Positions 39,967 through 48,306 of a DNA stretch of 64,000 bases are shown piece by piece. The notes under the pieces were generated by a model. It was not told the DNA's origin, did not search any database, and was given only the letters and a program-made list of their open reading frames with translations. The stretch covers positions 512,001 through 576,000 of the forward strand of contig OY821645.1 of the NCBI GenBank assembly GCA_963682135.1, given 5' to 3'. Position numbers and translations under genes: made by a program. How positions within the stretch are numbered: position 1 is the first letter of the stretch; every line of letters starts with the position of its first letter. This DNA is from Methanothrix sp. GTDB taxonomy: Archaea > Halobacteriota > Methanosarcinia > Methanotrichales > Methanotrichaceae.

Positions 39967-40116
39967 CTATTTTTCCAGATCTCCAATATCCAATCCAGCT
40001 TGTTTTAAAATTCCATTCAATGTCCCTTTCTTCAATTCGTCATGAAGTGGAACCGAAAAAACTTTTTCATTCTTTATCAATTGTATGCCCGAGAGGATCG
40101 GCAATCTAGCAGACAT
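39967..40116 (-). pseudogene. hicA: HicA toxin with in-frame internal deletion (49 aa)
   Basis: Manual translation MSARLPILSGIQLIKNEKVFSVPLHDELKKGTLNGILKQAGLDIGDLEK; the GF...R-x-x-GSH segment is missing; overlaps the hicB stop. Confidence 0.85.
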
Positions 40117-40327
40117 CTGCAAGATCTACCTGGAAGACCTCAGCATTGGTTCGATTCAGGCTTTCCATATCTTCTCTCAGCAATTCCAGAATAAAACCGA
40201 TGGCCTCCTTTATGTTCTCGATGGCTTCCCACCTGGTCTCGCCTTGAGTAATAGCGCCGGGAAGTTCCAGGCAGCGGGCTGTAAAGCCGCCTTCGTCCTG
40301 AGGTTCAAGAACGACCGTGTATTTCAT
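40106..40327 (-). CDS. hicB: HicB-family antitoxin
   Basis: YTVVLEPQDEGGFTARCLELPGAITQGET..EAIENIKEAI. Confidence 0.92.
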   Translation of the reverse strand: MKYTVVLEPQDEGGFTARCLELPGAITQGETRWEAIENIKEAIGFILELLREDMESLNRTNAEVFQVDLADVC

Positions 40328-40393
40328 GAACCAAGCCTTAGTCTCCTTGGAATTTAAGAATTTTCATGGATGAGGAAAAATGGAAACGACTTT

Positions 40394-40851
40394 TCAGCCC
40401 GGCCCATCGATAAGCCGCAGGTAGCACACCACCGAGACCACCAGCGGCGCAAACCCGGCCAGGAGGGCCCAGTAGGCCCGCTTCAGATTTCTGTGCTTGT
40501 AGCCTACCAGTTCCCGGTAGAACTCTTCGGCAAGCTGCGGCGAGCTCTGGTTCGTCTCGTAATTCTTCGGCGTGAATACCCGCACGGCAAAAAAGAGGCA
40601 GACCAGCCACAGGACGATAGGCAACACAAACAGGCCGATCCGAAGCCAAGCTTCCGGGCCCTGCACGACCATGACCTTGCGCAGGTCGCTAAAGAGATAG
40701 CAGCAAAGTAGATGCCTTCTACCAGGGTCACGGCTGCGATGAGCTGCTTGGCCGCCTCCTCCAGAGAGGCGACTGAATCACGCACCGCGGTGCGGGCAGT
40801 CTCCAGCCAGAATTCGTCCATCTCGGTGACGGGCTAGGCGATACCGTGCAT
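40394..40851 (-). pseudogene. Disrupted copy of the 41386-41862 membrane-protein gene
   Basis: Close DNA similarity ending at the stop codon; 1-bp deletion near 40691, TAG at 40834-40836, 5' end replaced. Confidence 0.9.
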
Positions 40852-40903
40852 CTCTCTCTTCTTTTCGCAATCCTTATAGCCTAACAGCGAGAGATTACCT
40901 ATT

Positions 40904-41068
40904 ATGGCAGGAGCAACAGAGAAAGCCGTCATCCAGGATGTCAATGAGGCCGCCCTACAGGAGTTTGAGGCGGGCCTTGCCCGAAGCATCAAGCAGTACA
41001 AAGCAGGTCAGGTCAAGACATTCAAGACCAAAGAGGAATTCATAAACCATCTCAAGAACCTTGAGTAA
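40904..41068 (+). CDS. Small antitoxin (54 aa, not in ORF track)
   Basis: MAGATEK...LARSIKQYKAGQVKTFKTKEEFINHLKNLE, ending 5 nt before the RelE-like gene. Confidence 0.8.
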   Translation: MAGATEKAVIQDVNEAALQEFEAGLARSIKQYKAGQVKTFKTKEEFINHLKNLE

Positions 41069-41073
41069 GATAC

Positions 41074-41364
41074 ATGGATTACGATTCCACACCAGAGTTC
41101 GATGATCAGTTTTTGAGTCTCACCCGGAAGAATAAAGCTCTTGAAGCAAGACTTCTCAAGAAAATCAACCAGATTTTCCATAATCCTTTCATCGGCGATC
41201 CAAAACGTCACGAATTGAAGCACGCCCGCGGCTCTCATGTGGACCCCTATGTAATCGTCTATGTGGTTAAGGATGACATAATCACATTTCTATATGTAGA
41301 CCACCATGATTTTGTCTATGGCAAAGCTGCAGAAATCATGAAGAAATGGGAAAGTGAGATTTAG
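41074..41364 (+). CDS. RelE/ParE-family toxin
   Basis: TPEFDDQF, KINQIFHNPFIG, ARGSHVDPYVIVY, FLYVDHHD. Confidence 0.85.
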   Translation: MDYDSTPEFDDQFLSLTRKNKALEARLLKKINQIFHNPFIGDPKRHELKHARGSHVDPYVIVYVVKDDIITFLYVDHHDFVYGKAAEIMKKWESEI

Positions 41365-41385
41365 CCCCCCCACCTGTGGAAGCCT

Positions 41386-41862
41386 TCAGCCCGGCCCATC
41401 GATAAGCCGCAGGTAGCACACCACCGAGACCACCAGCGGCACAAACCCGGCCAGGAGGGCCCAGTAGGCCCGCTTTAGATTTCTGTGCTTGTAACCTACC
41501 AGTTCCCGGTAGAACTCTTCGGCAAGCTGCGGCGAGCTCATGTTCGTATCGTAATTCTTCGGCGTGAATACCCGCACGGCAAAAAAAAGGCAGACCAGCC
41601 AAAGGACGATGGGCAGGACAAACAGGCCGATCCGAAGCCACGCTTCCAGTCCCTGCACCGCTATGACTTTTCGCAGGTCGCTAAAAGAGATGGCAGCAAA
41701 GTAGATGCCTTCTACCAGGGTCACGGCTGCGATGAGCTGCTTGGCCGCTTCTTCTAGAGAGGCGACGGACTCGCGGACGGCGGTGCGGGCCGTATCCAGC
41801 CAGAACTCGTCCAGCTCAGTGACGGGCTCGGCGACAGCGTCCTGGGATTCGATGTCTGCCAT
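41386..41862 (-). CDS. 3-TM membrane protein, putative effector
   Basis: Three hydrophobic segments; SLEEAAKQLI, VFTP, YKHRNLKRA; last gene of the CHAT-STAND operon. Confidence 0.85.
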   Translation of the reverse strand: MADIESQDAVAEPVTELDEFWLDTARTAVRESVASLEEAAKQLIAAVTLVEGIYFAAISFSDLRKVIAVQGLEAWLRIGLFVLPIVLWLVCLFFAVRVFTPKNYDTNMSSPQLAEEFYRELVGYKHRNLKRAYWALLAGFVPLVVSVVCYLRLIDGPG

Positions 41863-41878
41863 GATTTGAAGATCCTCA

Positions 41879-42091
41879 CTAAATGCCCCGTATTACGGTT
41901 TTCTCTTGCACCTTTGTAACATAGAACTTGTTCCTGGTGCCGCAGAACGGGCAGCGCTCAACAAAGGAAACGGCTCCTGGATCTCCTTTCCTGGCCAGCT
42001 TGCCGTCTGATTGCAGGTGTGGCTGCTCATCCCACTGAAATATCCGGTCTGAGGCTGTGCATCTTTCATTGCAGCATAGGATTTTGAGCAT
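41879..42091 (-). CDS. Small Zn-ribbon-like protein (70 aa)
   Basis: CCNERC...CPFCG; about 15-nt spacers to both neighbours. Confidence 0.8.
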   Translation of the reverse strand: MLKILCCNERCTASDRIFQWDEQPHLQSDGKLARKGDPGAVSFVERCPFCGTRNKFYVTKVQEKTVIRGI

Positions 42092-42106
42092 GATCGATCT
42101 CCCATT

Positions 42107-43069
42107 TCATTGAATTTGCTCCAGTCGTTGCCTGACATATCCAGCGAGTTTGGCGTGGGGACTTCCCAGTTCCAGGAAGGCTGCCTCAGCCAGACGAATC
42201 AATCGCAAAGCCTCCTTCACATTTCCGGTCTTCTCTTCTAGAATGGCAAACTGAGCCATGCTGACAGCAATATCATTTTTATCACCAATCTCCTGAGAGA
42301 TTTCTAAGCTCTTTTGGTAGTGCCGCCGAGCTTCATTAAGATCGCCTTTTAAATATGCTAAATTTGCTAATCCGTTCAAGGATTTTGAAATTCCAGCCTT
42401 ATCTTGTAGTTCTTGAGCAATATCAAGACAATCATGAAATAAACTGTAAGCATGATCATAGTCGCCTTTTATTTCAGCCAAATTGCCAAGTTCACCCATT
42501 GTAGCTAATATACCTTTCTTATCTCCGAGTTTCTGCTTTATTTGGAGACTCTGAATGAGAAAGTCGCGAGCTTCATCCCAATTCTCCTCATTCATGGCTA
42601 GCATGCCTAATTGATGCAATGAAGCTGAAATGTTGCCGATGTTGCCAATTTCTTGGGAGATTTCAAGACTATGTCGAAAGAGCTTCTTAGCGTCTTTATA
42701 ATCACCTGTTAAGTATGCCAAAATACCTAATGATCCAAGAGAGCTAGAAATGCCTCTTTTGTCTCCAATCTCCTGGGAAATTAAAAGACTCTGATGATAG
42801 AGTTTGCCAGCTTCATGGTAGTCGTTTGCATCCTGAGCCAAAGTGCCCAGTTGATATAGCGAAGCTGAAATGTTGCTTTTATCACCGATATCTCTGGCAA
42901 TCTCATGGCTTTGCTTGAATAGCTTTTGAGCGTTATTATATTCGCTTTTTTCTTGAGCCAACATTCCTAGACCGCGCAATGAGTCTGATTTGCACACCTT
43001 GTCGTCTAGCCTATTTGCGATCTCAATACATTGATAAAAGAAATTTTGAGCATCATCGTAGTAACCCAT
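42107..43069 (-). CDS. TPR-repeat C-terminal part of the frameshifted CHAT-STAND-TPR gene
   Basis: About 7-8 MalT-like 40-aa TPRs (SL-x-x-LG-x-LA...SLEISQEIGDK); overlaps the upstream ORF by 64 nt in another frame. Confidence 0.88.
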   Translation of the reverse strand: MGYYDDAQNFFYQCIEIANRLDDKVCKSDSLRGLGMLAQEKSEYNNAQKLFKQSHEIARDIGDKSNISASLYQLGTLAQDANDYHEAGKLYHQSLLISQEIGDKRGISSSLGSLGILAYLTGDYKDAKKLFRHSLEISQEIGNIGNISASLHQLGMLAMNEENWDEARDFLIQSLQIKQKLGDKKGILATMGELGNLAEIKGDYDHAYSLFHDCLDIAQELQDKAGISKSLNGLANLAYLKGDLNEARRHYQKSLEISQEIGDKNDIAVSMAQFAILEEKTGNVKEALRLIRLAEAAFLELGSPHAKLAGYVRQRLEQIQ

Positions 43070-45174
43070 TTATATGATACATGCCCAAGTTGATTTAAGC
43101 AAGTCATCTCAACGTTTTTATTATCAAGCACTTTTGCTGCATCCAGTGCCTGATGGAGGCGAAGCCTGTATTCGCTCCAGTAACCTCGATCGTCTAGATA
43201 ATCCTGTAATACACATAAAAATTGAAGTAATTGATGTGAAGCTCTTTTCAGCTCGTCTCCTTTTTCGTGTTGTAACCGGGCAACAGTAACGTCCATGCCA
43301 GCGAGAATGTTCTCACGTTCCCATTCAAGCATGTCGAAATTAACGCTGAAATGCCGGGCATATTCCAGGAAATACTTTGCTGCTCTTGGTTGAAGATTTG
43401 CCAGAAGCTCTTCTCCAGCTTTGCCGGCAGCGTACTGACGCATGAGAGGATGCAAGCGGTAGCGGTAGAGCGTGACCTCCTTCCCTTCCTCATCCAAAGC
43501 CGCGATCTCCCCCCTATCCAAGAAAGAGCTGCGCACCAGTTCTTCAAGATCACTTTCCCAGTTCATCTGCCCTTGCTGGCCGTCCTCCAGGCAGATGCTC
43601 TTGATCGCATTATCGTTCATCGAGCCAAAGAATACAGCTAGACGAGAGAATAGATTCCTTTGGCCCTCTTCCAGGCTATTGTAAGAGACATCAAATCTAT
43701 CTGATACTTCTTTGGGTGGATTTCGTCTCAGCTCGTCCCTGATTCCAGCCAGGTGTCGCCTGGTTGACTGGACTGCCACCAGCTTGATGGCCAGCGGGTG
43801 ACCCTGCATGAAACCAGCGATCTCGGCCAGGCTGCTCTGCTCTTCAGCGCTCAGATGCTCCCCCCATTTTGGAAAACTCCGGCGGGCTTCTCTAAAAAAT
43901 AGCCTGATTGCTTCCTCCTGCTCCATCTCCGGCACCCGGATCTCCCGGCCACCGCAGGGCAGGCTCTCGCGCGTTGTCAGCAGGGCCGCGCTGGGCTGGG
44001 GGATGCCCTCCAAGAAGCGCCAAAGTCCGGGATCCTTTATGCTCTCGGCGTTGTCCACCACCAGCAGGCTGGCAGTATCGTAATTCCTGAGATAATTCAA
44101 GACCGTGTCCCTTTTTTTATCCAGGGGGTGCATGCGAAATTCCAGGCCAAAGACGTTATCAAAAGCGTTGAGCATCTCCTCTTGGCCCAGGCGCTCCATC
44201 TCGGCGGCGCTCCTCCAGAAGACGCCTCCCGGATAGCGCCAGGCCAGCCTTCTTGCCGCCTCAGCAGCCAATACCGTCTTGCCGATGCCTCCCTGGCCGG
44301 TGAGGACGACCAGCTTCTCTCCAGACTGCAAGGCGTCCATGGCCTGCGAGAGCAACCCTTTGCGCCCTCCTGGCGGATCGCCCCGGAGATAGTCGCCCAC
44401 GAATTCGTGCTCCGGAAGGCCAAAAAGTTTCTCTGCCTCAAAACTGGCCCTGCCCGTGGCTCCGGCGGCCAGAATTACGGCATCCTTTCCCGGGCCCTCC
44501 AGAACAGGGATCTTCTGCAGCTCGCCTCCGTTCTCCAGCCTCTTCAGAGCAGGCAGGGCATTCTTGAAGGCCTGGGCGATGGTCATGCCCGCCCCCAGGC
44601 TCGCGTAAAAGGGCCCGGCCAGAGCCATGGTCGACTTTAGCGAAACGGATTCCTTCATCCCCAGGACGACAGGAACGCCTTTGGCCAGCAGGACGTTCTG
44701 CAGGCTTGCCTCGCCTCCTTTGGCCGATTCACAGGCGCTCAGGAAGACCAGCTTAGCAGGCTGCGGCGCGCTTGTCACAATCTTTGCCAGCTCCTCCGCC
44801 GGCTGAGCGTCCAGCTTGCCGTCCTCCTGCTCGAAGGCGAAGTAGCCCTTCACCTCTTCGTCTTCCAACAAAGCTGTGCATCGGTCGCATTTCTTCTCCT
44901 GCGGCAAGTGAAGAGCGCCGCAATTGGGGCAGCGCCGCCCCAGGGCTGCGTGGCCGTCGAAGTGCACGATCTCGTAGCCGCTCAAAATCTCCTCTCGCAG
45001 CCCTTCCACCGTGGGCGGGCGGAGCATCTTCAGGAAGACCGGCGCCTGCACCCGTCGCAGGCCGCCCTGCAAGGCCCACTGGTCGGCTAAGTTGGGCAGG
45101 TCAGGTAGATTCAGGGGCCGGGAGAGGATCACCAGAATGCGAAAGCCTTTGGGGGAGGAGGCATCTTGCGGCAT
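43006..45174 (-). CDS. CHAT (caspase-like) protease plus STAND/NB-ARC NTPase, N-terminal part
   Basis: VHFDGHA and FLSACES dyad; GQGGIGKT, LLVVDNAE, TTR, GHPLAI, YRLHPLMRQYA. Confidence 0.9.
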   Translation of the reverse strand: MPQDASSPKGFRILVILSRPLNLPDLPNLADQWALQGGLRRVQAPVFLKMLRPPTVEGLREEILSGYEIVHFDGHAALGRRCPNCGALHLPQEKKCDRCTALLEDEEVKGYFAFEQEDGKLDAQPAEELAKIVTSAPQPAKLVFLSACESAKGGEASLQNVLLAKGVPVVLGMKESVSLKSTMALAGPFYASLGAGMTIAQAFKNALPALKRLENGGELQKIPVLEGPGKDAVILAAGATGRASFEAEKLFGLPEHEFVGDYLRGDPPGGRKGLLSQAMDALQSGEKLVVLTGQGGIGKTVLAAEAARRLAWRYPGGVFWRSAAEMERLGQEEMLNAFDNVFGLEFRMHPLDKKRDTVLNYLRNYDTASLLVVDNAESIKDPGLWRFLEGIPQPSAALLTTRESLPCGGREIRVPEMEQEEAIRLFFREARRSFPKWGEHLSAEEQSSLAEIAGFMQGHPLAIKLVAVQSTRRHLAGIRDELRRNPPKEVSDRFDVSYNSLEEGQRNLFSRLAVFFGSMNDNAIKSICLEDGQQGQMNWESDLEELVRSSFLDRGEIAALDEEGKEVTLYRYRLHPLMRQYAAGKAGEELLANLQPRAAKYFLEYARHFSVNFDMLEWERENILAGMDVTVARLQHEKGDELKRASHQLLQFLCVLQDYLDDRGYWSEYRLRLHQALDAAKVLDNKNVEMTCLNQLGHVSYKWVTTMMLKISFINVLRSQIG

Positions 45175-45276
45175 ATCGGCGGCAAGTACGGCTGCGAAAG
45201 TTAATCAATATGTCGATCTTCAGCTTTTTACAAACAGGCAGAATTATCTATTTCTTAGAGCAAAGCAAGCTGACAC

Positions 45277-45870
45277 ATGAGAATCTCGGTAATCCTCGCT
45301 CACCCCCATCCGGGAAGCTTCAATCATGCCATCGCCATGGCAGCAGTGCAAACGCTTGTGCAAAACGGCCATCAGGTCGCCTTTCATGACCTCTACCAGG
45401 AATCCTTTGATCCCATCCTTCGCTCGAAAGAGATTGCCAGAGATGCGCCACAGTGCGACATGATCCAGATTCACTGCCGGGAGCTGGCAAAGGCGGACGG
45501 GATAATAGTAATTCATCCCAACTGGTGGGGCATGCCTCCTGCTATCCTCAAAGGCTGGGTGGACAGAGTGATTCGACCAGGCGTTGCCTATGAGTTTCTG
45601 GAAGGCGACAGCGGAGAGGGAGTGCCTCGCGGTCTGCTCCGGGCCGGGCGGGCCGTGGTCTTCAACACCACCAACACTCTTCCCGAGAGGGAGCAAAGTG
45701 CTTTCGGCGATCCTCTGCAGACCATTTGGGAAAACTGCATCTTTGGCCTGTGTGGCGTCACCAACTTCTACCGCAAGACCTACGGCGTGGTAGTAACCAG
45801 CACAGCAGAGCAGCGTGCCGCCTGGCTGGATGATGTGAGGGCGATAGTTAACGAAAGGTTTCCGAGATGA
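45277..45870 (+). CDS. Flavodoxin-fold NAD(P)H dehydrogenase (quinone)
   Basis: ILAHPHPGSFN, DLY...FDP, HPNWWGMPPAILKGWVDRV. Confidence 0.92.
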   Translation: MRISVILAHPHPGSFNHAIAMAAVQTLVQNGHQVAFHDLYQESFDPILRSKEIARDAPQCDMIQIHCRELAKADGIIVIHPNWWGMPPAILKGWVDRVIRPGVAYEFLEGDSGEGVPRGLLRAGRAVVFNTTNTLPEREQSAFGDPLQTIWENCIFGLCGVTNFYRKTYGVVVTSTAEQRAAWLDDVRAIVNERFPR

Positions 45871-46147
45871 ATGTAGTGCTTCACTCTCTGGCAAAAGCTG
45901 CAAAATTGGCGGCTGAGCCTGTCGAGCCGCCATGAAAACGATCCTAACCGCATCCGGCGTTGGCGTGCACGGTCCCGAGCGACCACATGCCCGCCTGCCC
46001 GCGCGTGCGGGATCCTGACAAGGGTGATACTGGGGCTACCTTATTGTTGCTCAGGCGGAATAGGATTATATCAATTCGAAGCACGTGATCGTTATATTAA
46101 TCATGAATGAAGATTAATTCTTACTTCACAGAAAGGATGTCATTTCC

Positions 46148-46354
46148 ATGTCAGAACTGGAAGAAGTAATTAAAGAGCTACCTCCTGATCTCCATCAAGA
46201 GGTTGCTGATTTCGCTAAGTTCCTGATGGAGAAAAGAGGCAGAAAACCAAAAGGCTGCCTGAAGCTGGATTGGAGAGGTGCTTTGCAAGATATGAAGGAT
46301 CAGTACACATCGGTCGAGCTTCAGCACAAGATCCAGGAATGGAGAGGAGACTGA
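46148..46354 (+). CDS. DUF2281-like antitoxin
   Basis: LPPDLHQEVADFAKFL, LDWRGAL, YTSVELQH; TGATG overlap with the PIN gene. Confidence 0.85.
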   Translation: MSELEEVIKELPPDLHQEVADFAKFLMEKRGRKPKGCLKLDWRGALQDMKDQYTSVELQHKIQEWRGD

Positions 46355-46764
46355 TGTATCTCCTGGATACAAATATTTTCCTGGAGCTACTGCTTAATCA
46401 GGAAAAAGCAGATGAAGTACAACGGCTCCTTCTTGAAACCCCTCCTGAAATGCTCTGCATATCGGAATTCTCTTTGGATTCAATGGGTGTTGCATTGGTG
46501 CGTCGCAACATGCATGATATTTTCTTAAAAGCTGTGGAGGATATGCTTTTAGTGGGAGGTATTCGTCTACTGAGGCTAAGCCCGGAAGATATGCAAAGGA
46601 TTATTCAAGCCTCAAGACGATTCAAGCTTGATTATGATGATGCTTATCAATATGCACTGGCGGAGAAATATAACCTTATCATGGTAAGTCTTGATAGCGA
46701 TTTTGATAGAACAAAAAGAGGAAAGCAAACACCTGCCGAAATATTAAAATCAAGCAATAAGTGA
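46354..46764 (+). CDS. VapC/PIN-domain toxin
   Basis: MYLLDTNIFLE, LDYDDAYQY, VSLDSDFD. Confidence 0.9.
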   Translation: MYLLDTNIFLELLLNQEKADEVQRLLLETPPEMLCISEFSLDSMGVALVRRNMHDIFLKAVEDMLLVGGIRLLRLSPEDMQRIIQASRRFKLDYDDAYQYALAEKYNLIMVSLDSDFDRTKRGKQTPAEILKSSNK

Positions 46765-46783
46765 AATAAAGATACTCGAAGCC

Positions 46784-48289
46784 CTACGTCACACCCTTGC
46801 ACAACTCCCCGCTCGCCAGATCCTCCCGGAAGAAGTCGCGCACCGTGCGCCGCCCCAGCACCAGGTCCAGCTTTCGTTTGGCGTAAAAGGGCGCAAGCCT
46901 TCGCATTTCACGGGCAAACCATTTGGGATAGAGCTTCTTGACTTTATTATAGCGCAGCCACTGCAGATCATAGTAGCGGGCATTCATCTGCCAGGTGATG
47001 AACTGCACCTCTTCTTCGCTCAGGTGTTTGGTCTTCAAATTGGCATGCAGCCCGTCGTACCTGGTGAAATCGCTGTTGGTGACGAGCCCCATCTCCTCCA
47101 ACTCGGAGCGCATCTCAGTCTTGGGGTAGGGAGTGGAGATGTAAAAGATGGGAAAGTCCACCTTGAGTCTCCTGGCCAGCTTGAAGTTCTCCCACAGGTC
47201 CTCCTCATCGTCATCGGGATTGCCGCCGATCAGGCCGGTAGAGACGATTATATTATTATCATGCAGGTACTGCACTGCTTTTTCGGCATCATTGGACATC
47301 TTGCCCTTGCCCAGGAATTCCAGGTTCCTCTTGTTTATGCTCTCTACACCTAAAAAGACGCCGTCAAAGCCTGCCTCTCTCATCTTGTCCACCAGCTGCT
47401 TGCTGGAAGCAATGCCGGAGGCGGAGGCCTGCGTCTTGTAGCGCAGGTAAGTAAGCCCGGCATCGATAATGGCCTGGCATAGGCGTTCCAGCCGCTTGGG
47501 ATCAAGGGTGATGTTGTCGTCCGGGAAGAATATGGAACCAGCCCCGTGCGCCTCAGCATCCCGGATGTCCTCGATCACCCTCTCGATGGAAAAGCGCCGG
47601 AAGCGCCGGCCGTACATGAGATTGATGGAACAGAACTTGCAGCCTTGGGTGCAGCCCCGGCTGGTCTCCACACAGTCAATGGGCACATCAAAGCTGTAAA
47701 AGCCCTTGGTTATGAGACGCGCATCCCTCTTAGGCATGCGGATCTCCTCCACAGAGAGCAGAGGTCTGGGAGGGTTATGAACCATCTTTTTGCCTTTGGC
47801 TTTAGCGCCTCTAACATCTCCCATACCACCGGCATTGCCTTCCTCCTCATGATAAGAGAGGCCCAGTATGCCTCGCGGGCTCTTTGCAGCCAGCATTGAC
47901 ATCACCAGCTCCCGGAAGGTGGCTTCGCCCTCGCCGCGCACAATGTAGTCGATGAGGGCCGCATCCGGGCTACTGCCAATCTCTTCCGCCGCCAGAGTGG
48001 GATGATAGCCGCCGAAAACCGTCTGGGCGCCTGCCTGCTTGGCAATGTCTGCCAGGGCCAGAGCCTCCCTGTACTGAAAGCTCATGGCGGTAAGACCTAC
48101 CAGGTCGTAGCCGTTTACAATCCGGCTCACATATTCTCGGTGGTTTTTCAGGCCGTGAATATCCGCTACATGAACCGTGCACAGATCATCCACATGCGCC
48201 GCCAGCGAGGCCAGGCCAAGATTGGGAACCCGAGCGATGCGATCAAAATCGAGCTGAACTATAGGCGAAGATAATAATAATATTTTCAT
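46784..48289 (-). CDS. B12-binding radical SAM protein
   Basis: PNLGLASLA, VGLTAMSFQ, GGYHPT, RGEGE, TSRGCTQGCKFC, DDN. Confidence 0.9.
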   Translation of the reverse strand: MKILLLSSPIVQLDFDRIARVPNLGLASLAAHVDDLCTVHVADIHGLKNHREYVSRIVNGYDLVGLTAMSFQYREALALADIAKQAGAQTVFGGYHPTLAAEEIGSSPDAALIDYIVRGEGEATFRELVMSMLAAKSPRGILGLSYHEEEGNAGGMGDVRGAKAKGKKMVHNPPRPLLSVEEIRMPKRDARLITKGFYSFDVPIDCVETSRGCTQGCKFCSINLMYGRRFRRFSIERVIEDIRDAEAHGAGSIFFPDDNITLDPKRLERLCQAIIDAGLTYLRYKTQASASGIASSKQLVDKMREAGFDGVFLGVESINKRNLEFLGKGKMSNDAEKAVQYLHDNNIIVSTGLIGGNPDDDEEDLWENFKLARRLKVDFPIFYISTPYPKTEMRSELEEMGLVTNSDFTRYDGLHANLKTKHLSEEEVQFITWQMNARYYDLQWLRYNKVKKLYPKWFAREMRRLAPFYAKRKLDLVLGRRTVRDFFREDLASGELCKGVT

Positions 48290-48306
48290 CCTTTGCCTTC
48301 TGCAAA

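Noticed and set aside
41386-41862. Pycsar system
   Set aside because: Only a topological resemblance to PycTM; no cyclase gene nearby
46270-46353. N-terminal extension of the PIN toxin in the ORF track
   Set aside because: Overlaps the antitoxin; the PIN motif begins at ATG 46354, coupled to the antitoxin stop
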